Source: Octopus sinensis | Taxonomy: Eukaryota | Reading direction: 5' to 3' | Length of the DNA: 64,000 nucleotides | Assembly (NCBI RefSeq): GCF_006345805.1 | Contig: NC_042999.1 | Span: 58,528,001 to 58,592,000, forward strand | Shown here: in pieces, positions 26,601-38,530 of the stretch | How positions within the stretch are numbered: position 1 is the first letter of the stretch | Layout of the letters: each line of letters opens with the position of its first letter | Position numbers and translations under genes: made by a program | Notes under the pieces: model-generated | What the model was told of the DNA's origin: nothing | The model's database searches: none | Seen by the model: the letters and a program-made list of their open reading frames with translations, nothing else

Positions 26601-27609
26601 AATTTGCTTCTTTTGTTTTATATTTTTGCAATTTCTTTATGCATATGTATGAGCTATTTTCTTTTCCTCCTCTGTTAGAATGCAATTTCAAATCAGCAAT
26701 CTTACATACATCAAAATACTATTAGAATCTCATTGTTCTGTTTTATGTTGCGCTGTTTTCAAATGCACTGTTGTCAGAAACCATCCATTAAAATGTGCCG
26801 GTAATACATTATTAAGAAGTATGAGCAGAAGGGGAGATAAAGTAATCTTAAGAATTTCTTTAGAAAATACATAACAGCTATTGGTAAAAATATAAACACA
26901 AGGTGAACACTAAAAGCGCTATCATCTTAGAGGAATCATAGATAATTAATGTTTCTTCAAAACTATTCAATATATATGAAATAAAAAAATTAAAATAGTA
27001 AATAGAAATTAGTTTTAATTTTTTGTTTAATTTTGTAAAAATTTTCATATGTATTTTACTATATATATATTTTTGTTATTTTTTTTCTTAAGACGTGGTT
27101 TGAGTCTATTGACAAAATAATGATGAAATATTTCTATAGCAATCTACCAATTCGCTGTTAACTCTATAATGGTGATGCTCGAATGACGATAAGTATATTG
27201 ATGATAATGAAGGTGATAATGGGAGATGCTGCTACTCCAGCGGTCGTTACCACTGCTGTTGTTGCTGGTTTTGATGATGATGGTGATGATGGTGATGGTA
27301 ATGATAATGAAGATAATATGAAAATAATGCTGCCACTACTGGTGTTGCTGTGGCTGGTGTTGGAATTGGTGATGATGATTTGGTGATAATGATAATTAAG
27401 GAAATGGTATTCATATTTGCTATATTTTTTTTTATTGGAAAACTCAATACGAGTAGAATAAAAAACTAATTAATCTATATCTTTAAATTGAATGAATATG
27501 GGTATATATACATATACATAAAGATACACATAAACATATATATATGAGCGTGTATGTTCGTGCGAGTGTGTGTGTGTGAGTGTGCGTGTATGTGTGTGTG
27601 TATATATGC

Positions 27610-27642
<33 letters not shown>

Positions 27643-27864
27643 AATATATATATATATATACACACATATATATATATGTATATATATGGATTTATATAAT
27701 ATATATATTATATAAACTGAAACTTCGAATTTGTGTTTGGAGATCTTCAGACAATTAAGAAAAACGAAAGATAAAATTTTGTTGACAAAAATTATACTGA
27801 AAATTGCTTTAATAGCACCTATAATGCACACACACGCACACACACACACACACAGACACATATA

Positions 27865-27903
<39 letters not shown>

Positions 27904-28424
27904 TATATATTATATATATATATATATATATTTATTTATGCACGTATTTATGTATGTGTATATATATATGCACGTATTTATGTATATATATATATATTAT
28001 ATATATATATATATATATATTCTTTTAATAGTTTTTGTAGTAGGACTGCTGCCATTAACCTGTAAATTGAAGACTTAAATACGGACTATTGAATTTTATT
28101 TCTAATTATAACAAACATATATAGAGGCGGTGAAACTAAGAGAGAGATATACCTCCAGGTTCTTGGTTGTGTGTTCTCGTATTTGTTCTCATTATACAGT
28201 TTTGAACGTTTTTATTTGGCGCCTGAGTCAGTTTAACATTCAAGAATATAGAATATGTATAGAAAACATTGAAACATTTTGAAATAAATAGAGAAGAAAC
28301 ATAGAACACAGAAATAAAGTGATATATACAGGAGTCTCATAGTAACATACGGAACACAGGAAGCGTCAAAAATAAATTTTCATTTAGAAAATAATTCGAT
28401 TGGAAACAATGTTTGGGCAAGGAT

Positions 28425-29178
28425 ATATACTTCTGGAAACTTGTACATATTTTTACAGTTCCAGTGATGGATTGGATCTGTAGCCTTCGAATTAGCTTTC
28501 GCCTTTCTGGTTTTGAGAAACCTAATTTCTCAAGATTGGTGCTTAAGCAGTGTGTTACATATCCCAGGCCCTCAATGATTACAGGTATAGACTTGAACTT
28601 GTCATCTGGATAGAGTAACTGCAGATTTCTCAATAGGCCTTCTCTTTTCCACTGATCTTCAGCTTTATGTTAACATCCACTGGGCAGCTAATTTCTATAA
28701 CTGTGCGCGGTTTCTCTTCTCTGTCCCAAATCATTATATCAGGTCGGTTGTGCTTACATTTTATTGAAGTCTTCACTAGTAAATTCTACCAGTATTACTT
28801 TTCATTATGAGTGACTATGACTTCTACTATATCGTGGGTGTTTATTTCTTTGTCCTCGAGATTATCCTTTCGACGGATTTCATTATAGTGTTCGAGCTAC
28901 AACGTCATGTCTCATCGGTAGATAATACCGTGATGACATTTTCGGGCAACTGCTTATGATGTGAGTGATATATTCAGTGTGAGCTCCACATAATCTGCAT
29001 CGGTTAACACATTTTACGGCTTTCCCAGCGTCTCTGTTCTTTTTGTGCATCAGGTACTTGGTTGATATTTTCTGTTCCTGGATTGCAAACGCATACCCTT
29101 CAAAGTGGGAGGTAATAATCCGGCTATTCGTCCATGATAAACTGCTTTGATGATCGATGTTACTATCATCACGGAGCA
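28425..29178 (-). mobile_element. REL-type non-LTR retrotransposon family B, 3' part
   Basis: CRLCGAHTEYITHIISSC (CCHC), MRHD, HNRPDIMIWD...IEISCP, IPVIIEGLG. The 5' junction abuts (TATG)n. Confidence 0.85.
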
Positions 29179-29278
29179 TGTATGTATGTTTGTATGTATG
29201 TATGCATGTATGTATGTATACATGCATATATCTATGTTTGGTTATGCAAGCAGGAAAAGTAGAACTCAAAATATGAGT

Positions 29279-29332
<54 letters not shown>

Positions 29333-29348
29333 CATACATACATATATT

Positions 29349-29381
<33 letters not shown>

Positions 29382-29613
29382 GTTATAAGAGGTAATGGTC
29401 TCGGTAAGGTCCAAAGGTGTCAGGTAAGGCTGAGTAAGTGGTATGGACAGACCATAGATAAGCTCCAGTTTCGGAGATTATGCCAATAAGGAGTCCAACG
29501 TAAGTCATATATCAGCATATATATATATATATATATATATGTATATGTATATAAAATTTTCAGAATGAGATAAAAACCGAGGTGTGAAGATTCTAGAGCA
29601 TTTATAAATAGAG

Positions 29614-29656
29614 GGTCTTACAGCTGTTTCCGAGATATTTCTTATATGCCTTCATC
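29614..29656 (-). ncRNA. truncated minimal hammerhead-ribozyme-like relic
   Basis: Minus strand: GATGA-A-GGCATAT-AAGAA-ATATCTC-G-GAAAC-AGCT-GTA-AGACC. The 5' part of the core is replaced by a Tc1-like TIR. Confidence 0.5.
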
Positions 29657-29673
29657 CTTACTTTTCACCCACC

Positions 29674-29678
<5 letters not shown>
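29657..29678. mobile_element. solo Tc1/mariner-like TIR
   Basis: CTTACTTTTCACCCACCCTG+TA, i.e. TA-CAGGGTG...AAAAGTAAG on the other strand. Confidence 0.45.
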
Positions 29679-29717
<39 letters not shown>

Positions 29718-30589
29718 TTTTTTTCTACTCTAGGCACAAGCATGAAAGACTGTGACTATGCTGGAGCATGCCCACATGTGCCAAATTTCTGTTAAGTCTT
29801 TGGTCCCATAAAGAAAACAGATAGAACATGCTTTCTATGTTATGTCCCAAGAAGGTTTTTTTTACCTCATCACACCTTCTATCATGCATTTTATATATTT
29901 TTATATATTTTTATATATTTTTATGTATTTTTATATATATAATTTTTATGACAAAAATGCGAGCGATGTATAAGTACGCAGGCAAGCAGAGTTATAACAC
30001 AGTAATTTCCCTTTGTATAACGGTATTTTTTCATAGCGTTTTCAAATAGTCAGATAACCGAAGAGATGTCGTGGATTCCCACTTCGGCATCTGAAACTCA
30101 GAGTTTTATCTTGCCTATCGAGTAATGTAACATATTATTGTATATATATATATATATATATTATATTTATATATATATACATACACAGAATCGTGAGGTC
30201 TGAGTTGGATCCCATTCCATGGCATCTTGGGTAGATGTCATTTTCTATAGCTCGGAGTCAACTCACACCCAGTGAGTGATATTAACTTGATGGAAATTGC
30301 ATAGACGCCTGTTGAGTGTAATTGCGGTTTAAAGGAAAGGTACAGCTTTGTTACACACCTAAGAGCAGTGTTAAAGTACACGTGAATGGAATATTCAGCC
30401 ACTTATACGTTAATTCAGTGAACTGGTAATTTTGTTAGTGCGCAACTGAATTCTCATTATCGAGACCGATAGAGATCTACCCACACGGGAATGCACGCAC
30501 GCACACAGCGGTATATACATGTGTATATATGTTTGTTTACATATGTGGATGTGTGCCCGGAGGTTTGTGTGTGCATATGTATATGCGGG

Positions 30590-30900
30590 CCACCTCAACA
30601 CCCGGACTTCTCTGCCCCAATGAATCTTAGAGCTATGCTAGCGGGGCGCAAGCTCCTGTTAGCGCCTTCCATGTTGGATAGGTCAAAGAGTAGAGGTGAG
30701 ACTATTATGGAACAACTCTTCTCAGGCGTAAAAATGGGTTTTCACAGGGCCAACACCCCTAGCAAGGAAAAACAAAAATGTAAAGTTACAGAAGTATCGA
30801 TGACAAGTCAAAAACCAACAGAATCTGGAAGAGGACAAATGAAAAGTCAGCTTAGAATTGAAAAGAGTAGAAAATCATTGATTACGTATGCTTCAAAGAG
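30590..30900 (+). mobile_element. RTE-type LINE 5' UTR fragment
   Basis: GCCCCAATGAATCTTAGAGCTATGCT...GATAGGTCAAAG...GGCCAACACCCCT...GTTACAGAA resembles RTE 5' leaders as recalled. Confidence 0.45.
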
Positions 30901-31478
30901 AGCGAAGGACTTAAGTAGTAATGGAAGTAAGCCTGCGTATGCTTCCTCGTTTATTTATGTGAGATTATGTGTATGCATGGCCATATACCTATGTGTGCAT
31001 GTATGTGTATGTGTACGTAAGTATGTCTATGTGGGTGTTAAAATGGCGCCATATACATGCTGATTAAGTTCTATTGATTCGTTCAAGAGAAACCTGGCTT
31101 TTTATGCGTACGGCCTACAACACTATTATATAATGTTGCTTCTACTCTAAAAAGAACATAAAGTGCAAAAAGGCAATAAATATAGACACATCTTCGCGTT
31201 ATGCCTTGCCTACCAATTTTAATTAGATATCCACATAAGCGAGACAGATTAGGTTTACAAGCATTTCGTGAAATTGCTCTCCGTTGTAAAACCTCAAGTC
31301 AAAAGAGAAGGATATCCCGTTGTATTTGACAGTTATTGTATGGTGCTGAAGGTGTTCGCCACTTTTCTCTTCAGCGTTATGACTACATCTATGTGTGCGC
31401 GTATCTGGGTAGGCTTGTGTGTATATGGATATTACTATGTATGTATGAACACACAAACATATGTATATATATATGGAT

Positions 31479-31737
31479 GGAGGCGCGTGGCTTAGTGATT
31501 AGGATGTCAGCATCATGATCGTAAGATTGTGGTTTCGATTCCTGGACCGGGTGACGCGTTGTGTTCTTGAGTAAAACACTTCACTTCACGTTGCTCCAGT
31601 CCACTCAGCTGGCAAAAATGAGTTACGCTGCAATGGACTGGCGTCCCGTCCAGCTGGGAGAACACATGCGCCATTGAAACCGGGAAACCGGGCCCATAAG
31701 CTTGGCTAGGGTTTAAAAGGGCGCATTTATTTATTTT
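31479..31737 (+). mobile_element. SINE family 3
   Basis: GGAGGCGCGTGGCTTAGTG A-box, GGTTTCGATTCC B-box, CORE-like block, GAAACCGGGAAACCGG, (TTTA) tail. Confidence 0.85.
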
Positions 31738-31796
31738 ATATGTGTGTGCGTGTATATATATATGTATGTGTGTGTGTGTGTGTGTTTGTGTGCGTG

Positions 31797-31827
<31 letters not shown>

Positions 31828-32062
31828 TTGTGTGCGTGTATATATATATATATACATACATACATACATGCACATGCACGCATACATACACATTCACATA
31901 CAACATGTATATGAATAGATTTATACGTGCATGTATATATTGAAATCAATCAAGCAATCATCCCTTTGTATATGTACATGCATACATACACACACACACA
32001 TACATACATACATACATACATACATACATACATACATACATACATACATACATACATACACG

Positions 32063-32113
<51 letters not shown>

Positions 32114-32489
32114 TTACATACGTCCACACATACATGTTAATGCATAAAGCGTTTTTCCCCGATATATTGTATTATACACGAGGTATTAACTTACTTTCTG
32201 TTTATGATTTCCGCTCTTGTAATAGTTTCATATTGTTTTCGTTCGTCCTAGCTTTTGTTATTGCGTTATTGGTCTTTACAGAAATATGTCGATAACGATG
32301 GTGATGGTAGTGATATATCAATGTTGATGGTGCTGGTGTTGATGTTGATGTGAATGATGCTGTTGTTAATGCTGCTGTTTCCTCTACTCACCCCTTTGTT
32401 ACCATGGTCACGTTAATCACTAGGGAAATGTTTCTACAACCAAACATGTTATATCTATTAATCATTGAACTTGCATCCTGATGGCACCC

Positions 32490-33170
32490 ATGATTCGCCC
32501 TCTCTCTCCTTCTCTCTTTCTTTGTCTCCTTTTGTCTCCTTCTCTTTCTCTGTCTCCTTCTCTCTCTCTCTGTCTCCTTCTCTCTCTCTGTCTCTTTTTC
32601 TCTCTCTGTCTTCTTTTCTCTCTCTGTCTCCTTCTCTCTCTGTCTCATTCTCTCTCTGTGTCTCCTTCTCTCTCTCTGTCTCCTCTGTCTCTGTCTCTTC
32701 TCTCTGTTTCCTGTCTCTGTCTCTTTCTCTCTCTCTGTCTCCTGTCTCTGTTTCCTTCTCTCTCTGTCTCCTGTCTCTGTTTCCTTCTCTCTCTGTCTCC
32801 TGTCTCTGTTTCCTTCTCTCTCTGTCTCCTGTCTCTGTTTCCTTCTCTCTCTGTCTCCTTTCTCTCCGTCTCCTTCTCTCTCTCTCTCTGTCTTCTTTTC
32901 TCTCTGTGTCTCTTTCTCTCTCTGTGTCTCCTTCTCTCTCTGTGTCTCCTTCTCTCTTTCTGTCTCCTCTCTCTCTGTCTCTTCTCTCTCTGTCTCCTCT
33001 CTCTGTCTCCTTCTCTCTCTGTTTCCTTCTCTCTCTGTCTCCTTTCTCTCCGTCTCCTTTTCTCTCTCTCTGTCTCCTTTTCTCTCTCTGTCTCCTTCTC
33101 TTCCACTGTCTCCTTCTGCCTCCTTCTCTCTCTCTCTCTCTGTCTCCTTCTGTCTCCTTCTCTCTCTCTT
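32490..33170. repeat. degenerate CT-rich tandem repeat (~16-20-bp units such as CTCTCTCTGTCTCCTT)
   Basis: Directly visible and almost purely pyrimidine on the + strand. Confidence 0.93.
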
Positions 33171-34008
33171 CTCTGTTATACCATTTTTCTTTTTTATTAT
33201 ACGTTCTATCTTCTTTACTTTTTTTCACTTTTTTCTCTGTATATCCATGTATATACATATGTGCATACATATATACATGCACACCCACACAGACATACAT
33301 GTATACTCACATGCATACCCATATTTACGGGTGGGGTTTGAGTGTGTATGTATGTATGCATGTATATATATATATCTATACATATTTATGTATGCATGTA
33401 TCTGTACACATGCTAGAATATGTAAGGTGTATACATACACATACACATTCACACACGCGCACACACATATATGTATATATACATGTGTGTGTGTGTGTGT
33501 GTAATTATATATGAGTATTGACATATGCATGAATGCATGTATATGTGTGTGTGATTGTGGGTGTGTGTGCATATGTATATGTGTGCGTGTTGCAGGTATC
33601 GTACAATCTCTTTCTTATTCTTATCAATTTTTCGCCCATTCTTTGCTTTTATTATGAGTACCTCACATCTCAATATATAATGTATATATTACAGGAATAT
33701 TTTCATGTAAGTCATTTATTGATATGAAATTAGCTTCCACTTTGAAGAGGTCTGTCGTTCACTGTAACAAAAAAGAAAGAAAAAAAAACTATGTTAGGCT
33801 GGGGAGGCACGGATACTATCAAACTATCAATAACAAACCATAACCACGGGTGACCGTTGATGTACTGTAATGATACTCACATCACACTTCATGCTTTGCT
33901 ACCATCCAACTCTCTGTCCATTCCATGATTTTGTGCAAACATCATTTTAATATTTCGTTTTTGGATATGGTTTGCAACATTCTTTATGTGAGTTCGTGTG
34001 TTGAAGCA

Positions 34009-34506
34009 TATTCTGTTGTGTCTGGGGAGAGTCGTTTTCTTTTTGTGCCTTATAATGTAACACACTCACGGTAAAATTTCCACTTTTTTCTTATTTTTAT
34101 TTTCCTAAAATTTTCGTTGCGTCTTGCAACCTTTTCAATAGTCATTGACTCTGTCCGTTATTTACACTGCGTTCCCTTTTGTTTGTTTGTGCGCATGTGT
34201 GTGGGTCAGTGTTTGTGTGTGTGTGTGTGTGTGTGCCTATATATGCATGCATGTACGTATGTATATATGTGCGTACATCTGTATGTACGTATCTTGCATA
34301 TTTATGTGTATGTCCGTGTTTGTGTATTTTCTATGTATGTGTGTGAACGCAGTGTAAATAACTGACAGAGTCAAAATTATTGAAAAGGTTGCAAACCAAC
34401 GAACATTTTAGGAAAATAACAATAAGAAAAAAGTGGAGATTTTACCGGTGAGTGTTAAATTATAAGGCACAAAAAGAAAATGATTCTTCCCAGACACAAT
34501 AGAATA
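34009..34506. repeat. long inverted repeat (~145-bp arms) around a (TG)n-rich spacer
   Basis: 34009-34155 is the imperfect reverse complement of 34364-34506. Confidence 0.85.
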
Positions 34507-34601
34507 ATTTTCATAGTTTAATTGTACATTTTTTTTTACCGGGAACTAATCTATGCATTTCGTGCGTGATCCCATTCGCCAGAATTGACGTAGTGTTATA
34601 C

Positions 34602-34680
34602 CAGTGGTTCCCAACCTGGGGGTCTGTGGATCCCTGGGGGTCTGAAAAGGTAGTACTGGGTCCGTGAACTAAATTCAAAA
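34602..34680 (+). mobile_element. hAT/Charlie-type MITE end
   Basis: CAGTGGTTCCCAACCTGGGG...GGGTCCGTGAAC, a Charlie/MER-like terminus. Confidence 0.55.
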
Positions 34681-34689
34681 TTACATATA

Positions 34690-34920
34690 TATATGAACCA
34701 CACGGTTCCGGGTTCATTCCCACTGCGTGGCATTTGTCTTCTACTATAGCATCGGGCCGACCAAAGCCTTGTGAGTGGAAAGAAGCCCGTCGGATATATG
34801 TATATATATGTATGTGTATGTATATGTTTGTGTGTCTGTGTTTGCCCCCCCCCAACAACGCTTGACGACCGATGCTGGTGTGTTTACATAGCGGTTCGGC
34901 AAACGAGACCGATAGAATTT
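34690..34920 (+). mobile_element. SINE family 2, partially deleted
   Basis: CCGGGTTCATTCCCACTGCGTGGCA...AAGCCCGTCG, microsatellite, GCGGTTCGGCAAACGAGACCGATAGAAT. Confidence 0.75.
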
Positions 34921-35169
34921 ACACACACATATATCCGCACACATTTACACACACATGTATCCGCTTGTGTGTCCATATATGTAGGATTAAATGACTGAGA
35001 TCCTGAAAGTAAGACAGGGGAGTTAAAAAATTAAAATGGAGATAAAGGACAGTTAAGTAGGGATGTTGGGTATTACCTAAGTGGTGTAGCGGATATATAT
35101 ATATATATATATATATATAAGTCAGTAAATGGTGGGGTTGTGTTAACCGCACGTGGAGAAATGATGCGA

Positions 35170-35644
35170 TAGGAAAAAAATAATAAGGCAGATGCTAAAT
35201 TGAAAAAAAATTTTAATAAAAATGGGTGTATGAAAAATTAAAAAAGAAATCAAACCAACTTCATTGCAAGGCAAATTTTCAAGATTTGGAAGGGAAAATC
35301 CAACCTTTTTAAACAAAACACTACACTTAAACACATGCATCCTAATCCTCCAACAAGTTTTTCCATGGACTAATATTGAACTCTAAAAGCATAAAGACTT
35401 TACAATGTATTGGTATACTTATTTATTAATTTTTGTATATATTTGTTATTTTTGTTGGAACAAAAAAACATTGTAAATTTCTTTTCTCCCTTCCTCAATT
35501 TAAAAAAAAAACATTTTCCCCTTCCAAATCTTGAAAATTTGTCTTGCAATAAAAGCCGCTTTGATTTCTTTTTTAATTTTTCATACACCCATTTTTATTA
35601 AAATTTACTTTCAATTTAGCATTCTGCCTTATTATTCTCCCTCT

Positions 35645-35649
<5 letters not shown>
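35170..35649. mobile_element. MITE/foldback element with ~130-bp TIRs
   Basis: 35170-35299 is the imperfect reverse complement of 35513-35649. TA at both ends, with (TA)n on the right. Confidence 0.8.
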
Positions 35650-35690
<41 letters not shown>

Positions 35691-35748
35691 ATATATATAC
35701 ATATATATATATATATATAAAGTATATATATATATATACATATATACG

Positions 35749-35800
<52 letters not shown>

Positions 35801-35818
35801 TATATATATACATATATA

Positions 35819-35866
<48 letters not shown>

Positions 35867-35982
35867 CATATATACATATATATATACATATATATATATA
35901 TATGTATATATATACATATATACATATATATACACATATTATATATGTATATATATATATATTATATATATATATATATATA

Positions 35983-36016
<34 letters not shown>
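35650..36016. repeat. (TA)n field
   Basis: Directly visible. Confidence 0.97.
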
Positions 36017-36019
36017 CGT

Positions 36020-36210
36020 GTGTTTATGTTTGTTTTGTGTTTGCCTATCACTGCTGCTTGATAAAAGATGCTGGTTAGTTGACGTCTCTGTAACTTAGTG
36101 AGTCGGCAAAAGATACCCATAGAATAAGTACCAGTTTTACAATCGATTTGTTTCACTAAACCCCAGCACGGTCGCAGTGCTATGACCGAAACAAGTAAAA
36201 GTTAAAAGAT
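36020..36210 (+). mobile_element. SINE family 2, 3' half
   Basis: GTAACTTAGTGAGTCGGCAAAAGATACCCATAGAATAAGTACC...GACCGAAACAAGTAAAAG. Confidence 0.7.
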
Positions 36211-37176
36211 ACATTAAGTAAATAACTTTGTTTTGTTTTCTCCAATCCTTAAAAGTACTTTTCTAGACTAAAATACTTCCCCACTCTATATATTTGTACA
36301 GACTCATACAATCAAACGCAAAAATGTTTCTCTAATAATCACACAAATCACAAATATCGACAACTTTGTCACTACCATAAACAAACTATAGAATGAAAAA
36401 CGAGCCCAACCCACGACTGCAATATAACAACAACTGCATTAACGCCTCACCTTGTTTTGTTAATGACAGGTGCCTATTATATGTTGGAAGTTTGCTTTGA
36501 AGTTAACTCGCCATCTGACAAAGCTACAAGAAAAAAAAATTATACTGCTCAACATTATTTTATAAAATGTAATTATTCATAAAACAAATACCATTTTGTT
36601 TCAAAAATTGGCAGAGTTCCGAATATGCACCCCCACCACCGTAACTTCTTATTTATGTTTTCTCCGAAAATTTCTTCAGATTTCTAAATTTGAAACGCAA
36701 ACGTAATTAATTTAAATAATTAGTGACAAGTGTAGATAAAGAAATATTTCGTATGTGTTTCTAAAATTCGAAATTAGTTCAAAAGTTGAAAAGATTGATT
36801 TTAAATGCAATTAAATTACAAAATTATATTTCAGTGTGATGGTATTTTTCAAACATTGCACTTTTGTTCCATGATGGGCAGGTTCCTTGACCTCCACACT
36901 TGCGCATAGAGCGGAGGTATATTCGGTAACCTTTAACGAGAATAATCGCATTAGTCGAAGACAAAATAATGCATATAAGAAATAGTAATAGAGACAAAAG
37001 AAAATACTATATCACTGGCACAACATATTCGGAGTTGGAAAAGGAATACGTATATGTGTGTGTATGTATGTATGTATGTATGTATGTATGTATGTATGTA
37101 TGTATGTATGTATGTATGTATGTATGCATGCATGCATGTATGCATATTTGTATATATCTATGCGTATATGAATACA

Positions 37177-37237
<61 letters not shown>

Positions 37238-37964
37238 AATGTGTATAGCTATACACATACACACAAACACATACGCACTGCGGAGAAATGGCTAAAATTT
37301 GCCATGTTTGTAATTATACCATATGTTACGTATATATTATATCATACCTTGATACTGTGTGGACTAAGATCCCCGTTGACAGGCCGCTTGTAATTATAGT
37401 GTTAAACGCTTTCGGTATGCAAATTAGGGACTCCTTCATAGATTAACTGCTGCATTTGTTGAGAATATAAACAGTTTGGCTGCAGGTTTCTCTGTAGATT
37501 GTCAAAATTGTATGGACGCCAATAAGGTTCGAAAATTGATTAAGGTTGTTCACCGCGTTTTTCAGTCTGCTGAGAAATGGCTAAAATTTGCCCTATGTGT
37601 GTGTGTGTTTTATGTATGTAGAGGCTTCATTGGCGAACATCGAAAGAAGCCGCTCTGAATTAATTGGCAAACGATGCTACCATTTAGTGTTACAGGTGAA
37701 GACATGGGAAGTAGAATGATAGATAAGTATACCCAGGAAAGACCCATCCACTAATTAATGGCGACAGTCATACGAAATTTGGTAGCGTAAACTCTGTGGG
37801 ACCAAAAGCCAAGATATATTTTCGACGTATATTGCTCGTTACATCTATATAGACACAGCAATAGGCGAAGAGAGATTCAATATGTTACTAAATTCTGATA
37901 TTCATCGTCCGCGTCGGCTGACAGACGGATAACCAAGAGATGTACTGTATTTGGTACTGGCTAT

Positions 37965-38115
37965 GCCCAGTACCCCAGTTACTTACTTTGTCGACCTCAA
38001 AAGGATGAAAGGTAAAGTCGATCTCGGCGGAATTTGAACTCAGAACGCAAAGACGGACGAAATGCCGCTAAGCATTTTGCCCGGCGTGATAACGATTCTG
38101 CCACCTCACCGCCTT
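37965..38115 (-). mobile_element. SINE family 1 monomer
   Basis: Reverse complement of the family 1 consensus. Confidence 0.8.
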
Positions 38116-38149
38116 TGAAGATTTTAAATACCATAAATCAATTATCAAG

Positions 38150-38530
38150 ATTAGTGGCATCAGCAAACACTTAAAATATAGACTATCACTTTTGACATGA
38201 TGAATATTACCTAAAATATCACTACGTGGGAGAAAGCTGGACATTTGTATAAGATTCCCTTAGAAAATCACAACAAATTCAACAGTTGGAAGGATAGAAA
38301 TGGACCATAGATTTTCTTGCATTAAATATTAGGGAGAAGATTCCTCCTTGAATGATCATCGTAATATTCAAAATCAATCGTTGCACCGCAGTCATCTCTT
38401 GTTAGAACCTAACTAATTTGACTTATGAAGATGATGTCACATTTCTATAAAGAACATATTGGAGACGTCCTAAAACACCAGGCCAGGTCCTAATCATTGG
38501 TGGAGTCATGATCGCGCAGATTAGCCAAAA
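38150..38530 (+). mobile_element. RTE/RTE-X LINE fossil, segment 1 (APE endonuclease)
   Basis: Decayed peptide ...TAVISC...DDVTF...QVLIIGGVMIAQIS, equivalent to 'VLIIGGDxNAQIG'. Ends at the hAT TSD. Confidence 0.6.

Noticed and set aside
27150-27400. Asp/His-rich ORFs
   Set aside because: They derive from a degenerate (GAT/GGT)n trinucleotide tract.
32458-33514. 280-349 aa Arg/Glu-rich and Leu/Ser-rich ORFs
   Set aside because: They are read through the CT-rich degenerate tandem repeat on both strands and show no domain signal.
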